Of a stretch of DNA of 64,000 nt, positions 20,127-32,524 are shown piece after piece (positions within the stretch are counted from its first letter, which is position 1; each line of letters begins with the position of its first letter). Below the pieces are notes generated by a model. The model was not told the DNA's origin, searched no databases, and saw nothing but the letters and a program-made list of their open reading frames with translations. Position numbers and translations under genes: made by a program. This DNA comes from an uncultured Aeromicrobium sp. (GTDB lineage: Bacteria > Actinomycetota > Actinomycetes > Propionibacteriales > Nocardioidaceae), in contig CAZWZC010000001.1 in the NCBI GenBank assembly GCA_964638755.1, forward strand, positions 8,435 through 72,434, written 5' to 3'.

Positions 20127-21101
20127 TTGACTAGCGTGTCTCTCGTGAACGCCGAGATCTTAGAGCCGCGCCGCAAGCCACGTTGGCGGTGGACCGACGT
20201 CGTCATGGTGATCTTGGTGGTCGTCGGGCTGGTCATCTTGATACGCCTGCTGGGTGACGTCGGTTTCGGCACGATCTGGAAGCAGCTTCGCTCGGCCGAC
20301 CCGAAGTGGCTGATCTTGGGCCTGGTCGCTGCGCAGCTGATGTTCCTGACCCAGGCTGTCGTCCTGCGCGGAGCCTCGGCGGTGCACATCCCGTGGCGGC
20401 CGGCGATCGCGCTTCAAGCGGCGCTCAAGGTCTTCGGGCTCACGCTCCCCGGCTCAACGAGTCGGGTGGCGACCGACGTGCAATTCCTCGAGAACTTCGA
20501 CGTCAAACCGCCTGAAGCGATCCTGACGGCGTCGATTGAAGAAGCCGCCCGCGGTATCTCACGCATCCTCCTGCTCCTGCTCGTGCTCCCGTTCGTCGAC
20601 ATCAAGCTCGAAGGACTGAGCGCGCCATCGATGCGTACCGTCCTGCTCGCAATCGGCGGTGTCGTGGTCGCCGCCGGGTTAGTCTCGTTCATCCCTCGCG
20701 CGCGCCAGAAGGTCATGGACATCGCCGCCCGGATCTGGAAGAGCCTCGTCGTCCTCGGCGGTCAGCAGAAGCGCCAGATCGGCATCCTCGGTGGAGCGCT
20801 CGCCACCGAGCTCGTGTACGCGTTGGCGCTCGGCTGCTTCGCCCAGGCGTACGACATCGGACTCTCGCCGATCGAGCTCGTCGCGGTCAACACTGCCGGA
20901 TCGATGCTGGCCAGCGTCGTCCCGTCACCCGGCGGAATCGGCAGTGCAGAGGCGGCACTCACGGGTGTTCTCGTGGCGCTCGGTGTACCAGCAGAAACTG
21001 CGTTCCCGATCGCGCTGACTCAGCGTCTGGGAACGCAGTACCTGCCTCCGCTGTGGGGTTTGCTCTGTCTTCATTGGTTGCGCGGCAAGTCCTACCTCTA
21101 G
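20127..21101 (+). CDS. UPF0104 / lysylphosphatidylglycerol synthase TM (flippase-like) protein
   Basis: Multi-TM protein with a PSPGGIG..E motif. Confidence 0.78.
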   Translation: MTSVSLVNAEILEPRRKPRWRWTDVVMVILVVVGLVILIRLLGDVGFGTIWKQLRSADPKWLILGLVAAQLMFLTQAVVLRGASAVHIPWRPAIALQAALKVFGLTLPGSTSRVATDVQFLENFDVKPPEAILTASIEEAARGISRILLLLLVLPFVDIKLEGLSAPSMRTVLLAIGGVVVAAGLVSFIPRARQKVMDIAARIWKSLVVLGGQQKRQIGILGGALATELVYALALGCFAQAYDIGLSPIELVAVNTAGSMLASVVPSPGGIGSAEAALTGVLVALGVPAETAFPIALTQRLGTQYLPPLWGLLCLHWLRGKSYL

Positions 21102-21102
21102 C

Positions 21103-21702
21103 TCATTCCCAGCTGAATCCGTCGGGGTCGGTGAACGTGCCGGCGTCGCTGGTGATGGCGATGCGGTGCGAACCGCTTCCGTCGACGTCGACTCCGGCAT
21201 CATGGGCGAGCGCCTTGCGGCCGTACAACGCGAGCTTGACCGGTGCGGTCTCGAACTCGACGTACTTGCTGCCGAAGCTCTTGGCGACGCTCAGGCCCTG
21301 ATCGACGTAGAACTGTTTGGTCGCCTTGACGTCCTCGACGCCAAGCAGCAGCACGATGTCGTCGATCTCTCGGGTCGCCGGACCCGATTCCTTCTTCGAC
21401 GATGAGGCGATCTTCCAGATGGCACCGTCGGGGGCTCGCAGCGAGCCGCCATACCCCCAGAAACTCTTGCTCACCGGCTTGATCGCCGAAGCGCCGGCCT
21501 CCAGCGCGGATGCAAACAGGTTGTCGACGGTGGAGGGCTGGCTCACAACGAGAGACAGGGTGTAACCGCGGAACCCGTCAGCGGACTCGTCGGATCCGGC
21601 ACGAACGTCAAGCTCGCTACCGAGACCGAACGCGGCTTCATAGAACGCGCGTGCGGCCGTGGTGTCGGGGACTTCGAGGGTGATCTTCTTGATGGTTGTC
21701 AT
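21103..21702 (-). CDS. glyoxalase/VOC family protein
   Basis: Two VOC repeats, FWGYGG...PDG.IWK and FTDPDGF.WE. Confidence 0.85.
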   Translation of the reverse strand: MTTIKKITLEVPDTTAARAFYEAAFGLGSELDVRAGSDESADGFRGYTLSLVVSQPSTVDNLFASALEAGASAIKPVSKSFWGYGGSLRAPDGAIWKIASSSKKESGPATREIDDIVLLLGVEDVKATKQFYVDQGLSVAKSFGSKYVEFETAPVKLALYGRKALAHDAGVDVDGSGSHRIAITSDAGTFTDPDGFSWE

Positions 21703-21755
21703 GCCATCAACGCTAGGCGCGGTGGGCGGCCGGTTGCTTCTCCATTACTGATCGT

Positions 21756-22135
21756 TCAGGAGACAGGCTCCAGCTCGGCGGTCTCCTTCTCGGTGAAGAT
21801 GCGCGAGCGGATGATGAAGCGGTTGCCGGTCGGCCCCTCGATCGAGAATCCAGCACCGCGGCCGGGTACGACGTCGATCGTGATGTGAGTGTGCGACCAG
21901 TAGTTGAACTGCTCGCGGGATATCCACACCGGGGCAACCTCGCTGGCCCCGTACTCCAGATCACCAAGATGAACATCCTGGTGCCCCGTGAGAAACGTGC
22001 CCTGCGTGAAGCACATGGGTGCCGAGCCGTCGCAGCAGCCGCCCGACTGGTGAAACATCAGCGGCAAGGCATGCGAAGCCCGGAGGCTGCGGAGAAGTTC
22101 CGCAGCCTCCGGGGTGATCGCGACACGATCTACCA

Positions 22136-22136
<1 letters not shown>
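21756..22136 (-). CDS. DUF779 family protein
   Basis: FHQSGGCCDGSAPMC motif. The real start ATG 22136 overlaps the aldehyde dehydrogenase stop. Confidence 0.88.
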
Positions 22137-23659
<1,523 letters not shown>

Positions 23660-23721
23660 GGGGTGCTCCTTTGTGGTCAGTTACCGTGACCGTAGTCACA
23701 GCGACGTTGCACAAAGGTTGC

Positions 23722-25008
23722 TCAGCCGAGCTCCTCGTCGAGGTGTGCGACGTGGGCAGCCACCTGGTTGAAACGAGGTGAAGTGGGCGGCAGCACCTCG
23801 AGGGTGCGCTCCCAGATCTCGAAGTCGTCGCGGCCGTAGGCGGTGTCGGCGAACGACAGCAAAGCGTCTGCGTTGTCGCTGGTCAACAGGCACGAGCGGA
23901 CATACATGTGAAGCTCCTCGCGCAGGCGCTCGATCGCCGGCGCGGTCGACGCAGGCAGGATTGGGCCGCGGTATGAGGCGACCGCGCGACGCAGGTGACC
24001 GCCCGCGAGATCCTCGCGCACCCGCAAGACATCAGTCTTGATCGCGCTCTTCAGCCGGTACGGACGCGAGGCCAGCTCAACGGATCCCAGCACCGACCGC
24101 AAGCGGGACATCTCCGCCCGGATGGTGACGGTCGCCTGCTCATCGTCGCTCAGTGCCACACCGAGCTCAGCAGTGGTCAACCCGTCAGATGATTCGGCGA
24201 TCAGCAGCAGCAGCTCGCTGTGCCGCAGGCTGAGTCGCGTGGTCGTCGACCCATTCCTCAGGGTTGCCCCATGACCGCCCAGCACGTCGAGACCAGGCAG
24301 CGACCATCCAGGTGAGACGACAGATGCCGGTTTTGACGGGCTGAGCCGCTCGATGCGCAGCTCTGCTTCGACCGCAGCAACCGTTGCCCGTACGAGGGTG
24401 AGGCTCTGTGGCGTTGCCACCTCGGCGCCGCCGGTGAGGTCGAGCACGCCGAGCACCGCCCCCGTGTCGGGATCGTGGATCGGAGCCGCCGAACAGCTCC
24501 ACGGTGCCACCTGCCTGGCGAGATGCTCAGCGCCGAAGATCTGGACCGGACGATCGAGTGCCAGGGCGGTGCCGGGTGCGTTTGTGCCGGCGCTGATCTC
24601 GCTCCAGTCGGCGCCGGGAACGAAGTGCATTGCCTCGGCGCGCGATCGCATCGACGGTGATCCCTCGACCCACAACAGCTGGCCGACGGCATCGCTCACC
24701 GCAACGAGCAGGCCTGCGTCCGCAGCGCTCTCGACCAACAGCCGCCGGATCACCGGCATACCTGCAGCCAGCGGGTGCGTGTCCCGAATCTCTGCGAGGG
24801 CAGCGTCATCAAGCCTGATGGCGGCCATCGCCTGCTCGGGATCGAGTCCGCCCTCAACACTGCGTTGCCATGAATCCAGCACCAATTGCCGGAGGGCGGG
24901 GTCTGCATGACCCGTGCTCACGAACTCGTCGTGTGCCTCGTTGAGATACTTCGACAGCGACGCCGCATCTACTCCAGGTGGCATCGCGAAATCGTTCTTC
25001 CCCACCAT
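23722..25008 (-). CDS. GAF-domain transcriptional activator of the aldehyde dehydrogenase operon
   Basis: SWQRS...L, GTNAPGTAL and WSCSAAPIHDP motifs, plus a C-terminal HTH. TACACT lies 6 nt upstream of the ATG. Confidence 0.83.
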   Translation of the reverse strand: MVGKNDFAMPPGVDAASLSKYLNEAHDEFVSTGHADPALRQLVLDSWQRSVEGGLDPEQAMAAIRLDDAALAEIRDTHPLAAGMPVIRRLLVESAADAGLLVAVSDAVGQLLWVEGSPSMRSRAEAMHFVPGADWSEISAGTNAPGTALALDRPVQIFGAEHLARQVAPWSCSAAPIHDPDTGAVLGVLDLTGGAEVATPQSLTLVRATVAAVEAELRIERLSPSKPASVVSPGWSLPGLDVLGGHGATLRNGSTTTRLSLRHSELLLLIAESSDGLTTAELGVALSDDEQATVTIRAEMSRLRSVLGSVELASRPYRLKSAIKTDVLRVREDLAGGHLRRAVASYRGPILPASTAPAIERLREELHMYVRSCLLTSDNADALLSFADTAYGRDDFEIWERTLEVLPPTSPRFNQVAAHVAHLDEELG

Positions 25009-25089
25009 CTTTGGAGTGTACGTCGGGGCCTGTCAGTCGTCCCGGGCCAAAAGGCCTTTCCCCAGCCGTCGAGGAGCGCGTTGCGAGCG

Positions 25090-25497
25090 TCAGCTGCAGC
25101 GCGACAGCACGTCTATGTCGGAGCAAAAACCCGTCTGTCGACGCTTGAGGCACATCAGTCCGATCAACGCCCCGTCCAGGCCGATCACGGCCACCCGACG
25201 GACACCGTCATCGATCATCGAGCGCTGCACATCTGACGCCGAGGCCCCTGGCGACACGGTTCGACCCTCGAGGGTCGACCATGACAATGCTGGGCCAGTT
25301 GCGCCTGGCGCCGGGAGGTCGTCTCGGGTCAGGGTCCCAACAAGCTTCGCGCCCTCTGTGAGCAGCACCATGTGCACGTGCTCGTTGGCCAACGTCTCGC
25401 GTGCCTCGTCGATCGAGGCCTCGGCGGGCAAGGTCTTGGGATGCTGGAGCATGACCGCGCCCACTCGTGCATCCGCGACGTCTGGAAGAGCGTTCAT
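25090..25497 (-). CDS. CBS domain protein
   Basis: Tandem CBS pattern. ATG 25497 overlaps the narI stop (ATGA). Confidence 0.78.
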   Translation of the reverse strand: MNALPDVADARVGAVMLQHPKTLPAEASIDEARETLANEHVHMVLLTEGAKLVGTLTRDDLPAPGATGPALSWSTLEGRTVSPGASASDVQRSMIDDGVRRVAVIGLDGALIGLMCLKRRQTGFCSDIDVLSRCS

Positions 25498-26222
25498 TGT
25501 GAGATGTTGTCCCACCCGCGGCGAGGACGGTGGCTTCCCAGATGGTCATCGCGGCTGCGGTAGACGATGTAGGGACGGGTCACATAGCCAACGGGTGCAC
25601 TGAACACATGAACGAGCCGGGTGAACGGCCACAGCGCGAAGAGGCCGAACGCGACGAGGGCATGGAGCTGGAAGCCCAATGGCGCATCTGCCATCAGCGA
25701 TGCATCCGGGTTGAACGCCAGGAATGAGCGGTACCAGACCGAGACACCTTCTCGATAGTTGTATTCCCCGCCGATCGTCATGATCGAGCCCGCGATGGTG
25801 TTCCACATCCCAAGGAAGATCACGACGGCCAGGAAGGCATACATCACCTTGTCCATGACCGTCGTCGCCGAGAACACCGGACCAACGGTGCGTCGTCGGT
25901 AGATCAGGATCGCCATGCCCACCACGGTCATCACCCCGGCCGCGAGACCGCCCGTGACGGCCACCACGTGGTACGCCGTGTGACTGATACCCACGGCGTC
26001 GGTCCAAGATTGCGGGACCAGCAGACCGACGATGTGACCCCCAACCACTCCGAGCATCCCGAAGTGGAAGAGCGGGCTGCCGATCCGCAACATCCGGTTC
26101 TCATAGAGTTGGGACGAACGGGTGGTCCAGCCGAACTTGTCATAGCGGTAACGCCACCAGTGCCCGACGATGAACGTGGTCAGGCAGATGTAGGGAAACA
26201 CCACGAAAAGGAAGTCATTCAT
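25494..26222 (-). CDS. narI: respiratory nitrate reductase gamma subunit
   Basis: RYRYDKFGWTTRSSQLYE, LFHFG and LWPFTRLVHV motifs. Start ATG 26222. Confidence 0.94.
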   Translation of the reverse strand: MNDFLFVVFPYICLTTFIVGHWWRYRYDKFGWTTRSSQLYENRMLRIGSPLFHFGMLGVVGGHIVGLLVPQSWTDAVGISHTAYHVVAVTGGLAAGVMTVVGMAILIYRRRTVGPVFSATTVMDKVMYAFLAVVIFLGMWNTIAGSIMTIGGEYNYREGVSVWYRSFLAFNPDASLMADAPLGFQLHALVAFGLFALWPFTRLVHVFSAPVGYVTRPYIVYRSRDDHLGSHRPRRGWDNISQ

Positions 26223-26914
26223 CAGCGAGCTCCTGGGAAGGACGGCATCGGCAACAGGGTTTTCTCGGGCGCAGCGCCCGGACTGAACTGGGGAGCAGCA
26301 AACGGCGCCAACCCGACCTCTTCCTCCGGCGGCCCTACTGCGGCGAGTCGGCTCACTGCGTCGCGCTCTTCTCCGCGCAGCGGCGGCAAGGTCGCGGTGA
26401 CCGCGTCGATCACTCTGGCCCACGGCGAGTCAAGATCCTGCAGCGAGAGCCTCAGCAGCTCCAGACCCGCACGGTGATCAAGCATCAGCTGCCGACCGGC
26501 GTCCTGATCGACAGTGGCCGCGAACTCCAGCACCACACAGAGGTGGTCTGGCAGCTCGGCATCGTCGAGTTCGAAACCCGCCTGCATGTAGGTCTGCTTA
26601 AACCGCAACAGCGCCATTCCCCGTTTGCGAGTGTCCCCGTGGGCGAAATAGGTCAGGAAAAGGTTGCAACGACGCCTGTTGTCGAATGTCTCCACATACT
26701 CGGCCTGAAGGTCGTCCAACGGCACGGACCCCAGCCTCGCAACAGCAGCGCGGATGGGCTCGGCCACATGCTTTGGCAATTCTTCGGCGGCCATCCGCGC
26801 AAGTTCAAGGCGCTGCGGGAGGTCCGGCCCGGGATAGTCGATCAGCAGCGATGCCGATTGCCACGTCGCGAGAAGCTGCGCTGTGCTCAACGCCGATCTC
26901 ACCCTGGTGCTCAT
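26222..26914 (-). CDS. narJ: nitrate reductase molybdenum cofactor assembly chaperone
   Basis: YVETFD...LFLTY...GDTRKRG...ELPDHL..VLEF motif. Confidence 0.93.
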   Translation of the reverse strand: MSTRVRSALSTAQLLATWQSASLLIDYPGPDLPQRLELARMAAEELPKHVAEPIRAAVARLGSVPLDDLQAEYVETFDNRRRCNLFLTYFAHGDTRKRGMALLRFKQTYMQAGFELDDAELPDHLCVVLEFAATVDQDAGRQLMLDHRAGLELLRLSLQDLDSPWARVIDAVTATLPPLRGEERDAVSRLAAVGPPEEEVGLAPFAAPQFSPGAAPEKTLLPMPSFPGAR

Positions 26915-28656
26915 CTGAAGTCAGCTCCGCCGGTGAGCCCGCCAGTGCCGCCGGGTCCGGTCGCCCCATCGTCAACATTTTCGGGAGTGGTGCCAGCCGA
27001 ATCGGGATTCGGACCATCTGGGGCAGGTGGGAACAGCCCGGTGGGTGCTCCCCGCCCGTCCCAGTTGAGCAGGTTGACCCGTTTGCTCGCGTCCTCCGGA
27101 GCAGCCAAGGTGTCGGAGAGTTGCCGGTTCTGCAGCATCCGGAAGTTCTCCACGGCGATGGGCGTCGGGGTTCCAGAACCCTCCCCGAAGATCTCCGGGT
27201 TGCCGCCGCCGTACTCCGAGACCGAGCATTCGGTGGACAACTCCTCCAAGGAGTGTGCCTGCTCGGCATGCGAGGTCGGAATGACGTACCGCTCGTCATA
27301 CTTCGCGATCGCCAGGAGTCGGTACATGTCGTACATCTCCTGCTCGGTCATCCCGACCGCCGCGGGGATGGAGGCATCCGGTTCGCGACCCATGTTGATG
27401 TCGCGCATGTAGCAGCGCATTGCGGCGAGTTTCTTGAGCACGGCGTCGACCGGCTCGACCTCGCCGGCGGTGAAGAGCTCAGCGAGGTACTCGATCGGGA
27501 TCCGTAGCGCGTCGATGGCAGCGAACAGGTTGCCCTTGTCCTCAGCATCCTCACCTGTCTCAGCAACGACATCCACGACTGGCGACAGCGGCGGTATGTA
27601 CCAGACCATCGGCATCGTGCGGTATTCCGGATGCAGCGGAAGTGCCACCTTGAACGTGTTGATCAACGCATAGATCGGGGATCGCTGAGCGGCATCCACC
27701 CAGTCACGCGCAATGCCCGCCTTCTCGGCCTCACGGATCACCTGCGGGTCGAACGGATCGAGGAACACCTCACGCTGAGCTTCGTAGAGCCCCTGATCGT
27801 CCGTGGTCGACGCGGCCTCGAGCACCTTGTCAGCGTCGTAGAGCATCAGACCGATATAGCGCAACCGACCCACGCAGGTCTCCGCGCAGACGGTCGGCAG
27901 GCCAACCTCGATGCGCGGGAAGCAGAACGTGCACTTCTCGGCCTTGCCCGTGCGGTGATTGAAGTAGACCTTCTTGTAGGGACAACCCGAGACGCACTTG
28001 CGCCATCCGCGGCACCTGTCCTGGTCGACCAGGACGATGCCGTCCTCTTCGCGTTTGTAAATCGCGCCGCTGGGGCAGGAGGCGGCACAAGACGGGTTGA
28101 GGCAGTGCTCGCAGATTCGTGGCAGATAGAACATGAAGGTCTGCTCGAACTCAAACTTCACCTTGTCGGCAATCTTCGCCAGCATCGGATCGCGGTGCGC
28201 CGTCTCGGTGGAACCACCGAGATCGTCGTCCCAGTTGGCCGACCACTCGATCTTCATGTCCTTGCCCGAGATCAGCGACTTCGGCCGAGCCACCGGGGTG
28301 TGCTCCTGGGCTGGAGCGTCGGTGAGGGTGGAGTAGTCGTACGTCCACGGCTCGTAGTACTCATCCATCGAGGGAAGCTTGGGGTTGGAGAAGATGGTGA
28401 GCAGATTCTTGAGCCGTCCACCGCCCTTGAGCTGGAGCCGTCCCCGCTTGTTGAGCGCCCACCCTCCTTGCCACTTCTCCTGGTCCTCATAGGTTCGCGG
28501 GTAGCCAAGGCCTGGACGGGTCTCGACGTTGTTGAACCACACGTACTCAGTGCCTGATCGGTTGGTCCACGCCTGCTTGCAGGTCACCGAACAGGTATGA
28601 CACCCGATGCACTTGTCGAGATTCATGACCATCGCCATCTGCGCCATGACCTTCAT
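26911..28656 (-). CDS. narH: respiratory nitrate reductase beta subunit
   Basis: NLDKCIGCHTCSVTCK and further Fe-S cysteine clusters. Confidence 0.97.
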   Translation of the reverse strand: MKVMAQMAMVMNLDKCIGCHTCSVTCKQAWTNRSGTEYVWFNNVETRPGLGYPRTYEDQEKWQGGWALNKRGRLQLKGGGRLKNLLTIFSNPKLPSMDEYYEPWTYDYSTLTDAPAQEHTPVARPKSLISGKDMKIEWSANWDDDLGGSTETAHRDPMLAKIADKVKFEFEQTFMFYLPRICEHCLNPSCAASCPSGAIYKREEDGIVLVDQDRCRGWRKCVSGCPYKKVYFNHRTGKAEKCTFCFPRIEVGLPTVCAETCVGRLRYIGLMLYDADKVLEAASTTDDQGLYEAQREVFLDPFDPQVIREAEKAGIARDWVDAAQRSPIYALINTFKVALPLHPEYRTMPMVWYIPPLSPVVDVVAETGEDAEDKGNLFAAIDALRIPIEYLAELFTAGEVEPVDAVLKKLAAMRCYMRDINMGREPDASIPAAVGMTEQEMYDMYRLLAIAKYDERYVIPTSHAEQAHSLEELSTECSVSEYGGGNPEIFGEGSGTPTPIAVENFRMLQNRQLSDTLAAPEDASKRVNLLNWDGRGAPTGLFPPAPDGPNPDSAGTTPENVDDGATGPGGTGGLTGGADFR

Positions 28657-31600
28657 CAGTACGTCACCTCCTGGCTGCGCTTGCGAATGATGGTGACCTC
28701 GTCACGTTGGTTCCCGGTCGGGCCGAGGTAGTTGAAGGCGAATGTCAGCTGTCCATAACCGCCGATGAGATGCGACGGCTTCACCAAGAGCCTGGTCAGC
28801 GAGTTGTGGATGCCACCCCGTTTCCCGGAGGTCTCTGCCAGCGGCACGTCGATCAGCCGATCCTGGGCGTGGTACATGTACACCGTTCCCTCCGGCATGC
28901 GGTGCGAGACGATCGCTCGGGCAACCACGACGCCATTGCGGTTGACCGCCTCGATCCAGTCGTTGTCCTTGATGCCGACCTTGACGGCGTCGCGGTCGCT
29001 CATCCAGATGTTCTGGCCCCCGCGCGACAGCGACAACATGAACAGGTTGTCCTGATATTCAGAATGGATTGACCACTTGTTGTGCGGGGTCAGATAACGC
29101 ACCGTCAGTCCCTCGACCTCAGCATTTCCCGAGCCGTCCGAGCCCCGCGCGCCGTCGGACAGAGTGCCCAGTGCCGGTTCGGCAAACAACGCCGCCATGT
29201 TCAGCGGTGGTCGGTAGATCGGAAGACCCTCTCCGAGCTCGGTCATCCAGTCGTGATCCAGGTAGAAGTGCATCCGTCCGGTCAGGGTGTGCCACGGCTT
29301 CTTGCGCTCCACATTGATGGTGAAGGGCGAGTAGCGCCGCCCCCCGGTCTCTGAGCCCGACCACTCCGGCGAGGTGATGACCGGCACTGGCGGACCCTGG
29401 GTGTCGGCGAAGGTGATCTGCTTGCCCTGGTTCTCCTCGGCAAGGTCAGCCAGCCGTACACCGGTGCGCTTCTCCAAGGTCTTGAAACCCTGGGTGGCAA
29501 GGTGCCCGTTGGTGGTGCCAGACAGCGCGAGGATCGCTTCGCAGACATGCGTGTCTCGCTTCAATGAGGGCCGACCATCGGCAGGCCCCCCGCGTACGGA
29601 ACCGTTCTTGGCCCGCAGGTAGTCGACCTGCGCGCCAAGCTCGAACGTCACACCCTTGGTCGTCGCGCCCAGTGTGTCGACCAACGGTCCCAGCGCGTTC
29701 ATCTTTTCCGCGACCGCGCCATAGTCACGCTCGACCTCGACCAGCTTGGGCATGGTGACCCCTGGGATCGGCTCACACTCCCCCTTCTTCCAGTCGCGTA
29801 CGACGCCGTGAGGGTTGGCCATGGCATCGGGGGTGTCGTGGGTGAGCGGCACCGCCACCACGTCCTTGCGCACTCCCAGGTGGATTGCGGCCAGCTCGCT
29901 GAACCTGGCGGCAATCGTCTGCCAGGCATCCCAGTCGGTGCGGGTCTGCCAGGGCGGCGCGATCGCTGGGTTGAAGGAATGGATGAAGGGGTGCATGTCG
30001 GTGGTGTTGAGATCATGCTTCTCATACCAGGTCGCGGCAGGAAGGACCACGTCCGAAAACACCGTCGTGCTGGTCTGTCGAAAGTCGATCGACATCAGCA
30101 GGTCGAGCTTGCCCTCAGGCGCGGTGTCGCGCCACTTCACGTCACGGGGCCGCAGCTCCTCGGGTGTCTCGGTGGCTCGTACCGACGAGTCGGTGCCGAG
30201 GAGGTGTTTGAGGAAGTACTCGTTGCCCTTGCCAGATGAGCCGAGCAGATTGGCCCGCCAGATCGACAGGATGCGTGGATAGTTCTGCGGCGCATCCGGG
30301 TCCTCGCCGGCAAAGACCAGCTCACCGGACTTGAGCTGGTCAACGACGTATTCGCCGACCGGCTTGCCAGCAGCCGCCGCGTCGTCACTGAGGTCGAGCG
30401 GGTTGCGATCGAACGTGGGGTAGGACGGCATCCATCCCATCCGGGCGCTCTGCGCGATCACGTCTGCGGTCGACTTGCCGGCCAGCTGGCCCTTGCCTGT
30501 CGTGGCCGAAAGTGTGTCGGCGCCGAACTGGTCGTACCGGAACTGGTTGGTGTGCAGGTACCAATAGGCGGTCTGGATCATGTTGCGCGGTGGGCGGTTC
30601 CAGTCGAGCGCGTTGGCGATCTGCGTGTAACCGGTGATCGGCCGCACCTTCTCCTGACCGACGTAGTGCGCCCAGCCACCGCCGTTGACACCTTGGCATC
30701 CCGTCAGATTCGTCAGCGTGAGGAAGGCGCGGTAGATCGTGTCGGAGTGGAACCAGTGGTTGGTGCCGGCGCCCATCACGATCATCGATCGGCCTTTGGA
30801 CTCCTCGGCATTTGCGGCGAATTCTCGCCCGATGCGCGCAGCGGTGGCGGCCGGAACACCGGTGATCGCCTCCTGCCAGGCCGGGGTGTAGGGCGACTCG
30901 GCGTCGTCGTAGCCCTTGGCCCACTCTCCGGGCAGCCCGTCTCGGCCCACACCGTACTGGGCCAGCAGCAGGTCGAAGACCGTGGTGACGAGATGTCCGT
31001 CAATGCGTCGTGCCGGGACACCTCGTGGCAGGTCTGCGGCGGCCCCGTCGGGGGTGTCGAAGCGCGGCATCTTGACCAACACGGTCTCCGTCGCCCCGTC
31101 GAGCAACGAAAGCTGGGGATCGACGTCGCCCAACTCGAGGTTCCACTTGCCGACTCCGGCATCGCCGTACCGGTGGCCGAGCGAGCCGTTCGGCACGACC
31201 GGGTCGCCCGTACGCGCGTCGATGAGCACGGTCTTGAACGCCGCGTTCTCCTCACTTGCATGGTCGGTGAGATCGGATGCGGTCAAGAACTTTCCGGCGG
31301 TGAGCTGGCCGTCCACACCCTCGTCGAGCTTCACCAGGTGCGGCAGGTCGGTATAGGTCTTGACGTACTCGGTGAAGTAGGGCGTCTGCCGATCGATGAA
31401 GAACTCCTTGAGCACCACATGACCCATCGCCATGGCCAGCGCGGCATCGGTTCCGGGCTTGGCCGGCAACCACTCGTCGGCGAACTTCACGTTGTCGGCG
31501 TAGTCGGGCGCGACGGCGATGACCTTCTGGCCGCGATAGCGCGCCTCCGTCATCCAGTGCGCATCCGGGGTCCTGGTGACCGGGAGGTTCGACCCCCACA

Positions 31601-32420
31601 TGATCAGGTAGCCGGCGTTCCACCAGTCGCCGGACTCGGGCACGTCAGTCTGGTCACCGAACACCTGAGGCGAGGCGACCGGCAGATCCGCATACCAGTC
31701 GTAGAAGCTCAGCATCGAGCCGCCGATGAGGTTCACGAAACGAGCACCTGATGCGTGCGAGACCATCGACATCGCCGGGATCGGGGAGAATCCGGCCACC
31801 CGGTCGGGCCCGTACTTCTTGATCGTGTGCACGTGAGCCGCAGCGACGATCTCCGCAGCCTCTTCCCATGTGGCGCGAACCAGCCCCCCTTTGCCGCGTG
31901 CCGACTTGTATGCCTTGGCGCGCAGCGGGTTCTCGACGATGTGCTCCCAGGCACGCACCGGATCGCCGTCGTGCTGCGACTTGGCTTCGCGGTACATCTG
32001 CAACAGGACACCTCGAACATACGGATAGCGCACCCTGGTGGGCGAATAGGTGTACCAGGAGAACGCGGCACCTCGCGGGCATCCTCGGGGCTCGTACTCC
32101 GGCGAGTCTGGCCCCGCCGACGGATAGTCGGTCTGCTGCGTCTCCCAGGTGATGATCCCGTCCTTGACATAGACCTTCCACGAGCACGATCCCGTGCAGT
32201 TGACGCCATGGGTCGAACGCACCACCTTGTCGTGGCTCCAGCGGTCTCGATAGAAGTCGTCCGCCTCGCGACCACCCAGCTTGTGCATCGTCCGCAGGTC
32301 TGGAGACACCTCGGCCTTCGTGAAGAAGCGTCGGGACTTGACCAAGGCGTCGCTCAGTGGTCCATCCATCCCGATGTCACGTTCTGTGGTGGGCTGTTCG
32401 GGCTGAATGTCGGTTGTCAC
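28656..32420 (-). CDS. narG: respiratory nitrate reductase alpha subunit
   Basis: HGVNCTGSCSWK, PRGCPRGA and SFYDWYADLP motifs; 1254 aa. Confidence 0.97.
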   Translation of the reverse strand: MTTDIQPEQPTTERDIGMDGPLSDALVKSRRFFTKAEVSPDLRTMHKLGGREADDFYRDRWSHDKVVRSTHGVNCTGSCSWKVYVKDGIITWETQQTDYPSAGPDSPEYEPRGCPRGAAFSWYTYSPTRVRYPYVRGVLLQMYREAKSQHDGDPVRAWEHIVENPLRAKAYKSARGKGGLVRATWEEAAEIVAAAHVHTIKKYGPDRVAGFSPIPAMSMVSHASGARFVNLIGGSMLSFYDWYADLPVASPQVFGDQTDVPESGDWWNAGYLIMWGSNLPVTRTPDAHWMTEARYRGQKVIAVAPDYADNVKFADEWLPAKPGTDAALAMAMGHVVLKEFFIDRQTPYFTEYVKTYTDLPHLVKLDEGVDGQLTAGKFLTASDLTDHASEENAAFKTVLIDARTGDPVVPNGSLGHRYGDAGVGKWNLELGDVDPQLSLLDGATETVLVKMPRFDTPDGAAADLPRGVPARRIDGHLVTTVFDLLLAQYGVGRDGLPGEWAKGYDDAESPYTPAWQEAITGVPAATAARIGREFAANAEESKGRSMIVMGAGTNHWFHSDTIYRAFLTLTNLTGCQGVNGGGWAHYVGQEKVRPITGYTQIANALDWNRPPRNMIQTAYWYLHTNQFRYDQFGADTLSATTGKGQLAGKSTADVIAQSARMGWMPSYPTFDRNPLDLSDDAAAAGKPVGEYVVDQLKSGELVFAGEDPDAPQNYPRILSIWRANLLGSSGKGNEYFLKHLLGTDSSVRATETPEELRPRDVKWRDTAPEGKLDLLMSIDFRQTSTTVFSDVVLPAATWYEKHDLNTTDMHPFIHSFNPAIAPPWQTRTDWDAWQTIAARFSELAAIHLGVRKDVVAVPLTHDTPDAMANPHGVVRDWKKGECEPIPGVTMPKLVEVERDYGAVAEKMNALGPLVDTLGATTKGVTFELGAQVDYLRAKNGSVRGGPADGRPSLKRDTHVCEAILALSGTTNGHLATQGFKTLEKRTGVRLADLAEENQGKQITFADTQGPPVPVITSPEWSGSETGGRRYSPFTINVERKKPWHTLTGRMHFYLDHDWMTELGEGLPIYRPPLNMAALFAEPALGTLSDGARGSDGSGNAEVEGLTVRYLTPHNKWSIHSEYQDNLFMLSLSRGGQNIWMSDRDAVKVGIKDNDWIEAVNRNGVVVARAIVSHRMPEGTVYMYHAQDRLIDVPLAETSGKRGGIHNSLTRLLVKPSHLIGGYGQLTFAFNYLGPTGNQRDEVTIIRKRSQEVTY

Positions 32421-32524
32421 GAGGAGTGCCTCCCTGTTGTGTTGCCTGCTTGTTGACCGTACCCCCGCTGAAGGGGCGTGCGCTCTTGCCCTCCCGTGCG
32501 ACTGCCCATCGGTAGGGTGCGAGG

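Noticed and set aside
25009-25090. att-site duplicate of the tRNA-Thr 3' end at the presumed left island boundary
   Set aside because: Visual scan of this and nearby intergenic regions found no convincing match.
32421-32524. DosR or FNR-like box in the narG/TDT divergent promoter
   Set aside because: No adequate match was found by eye.
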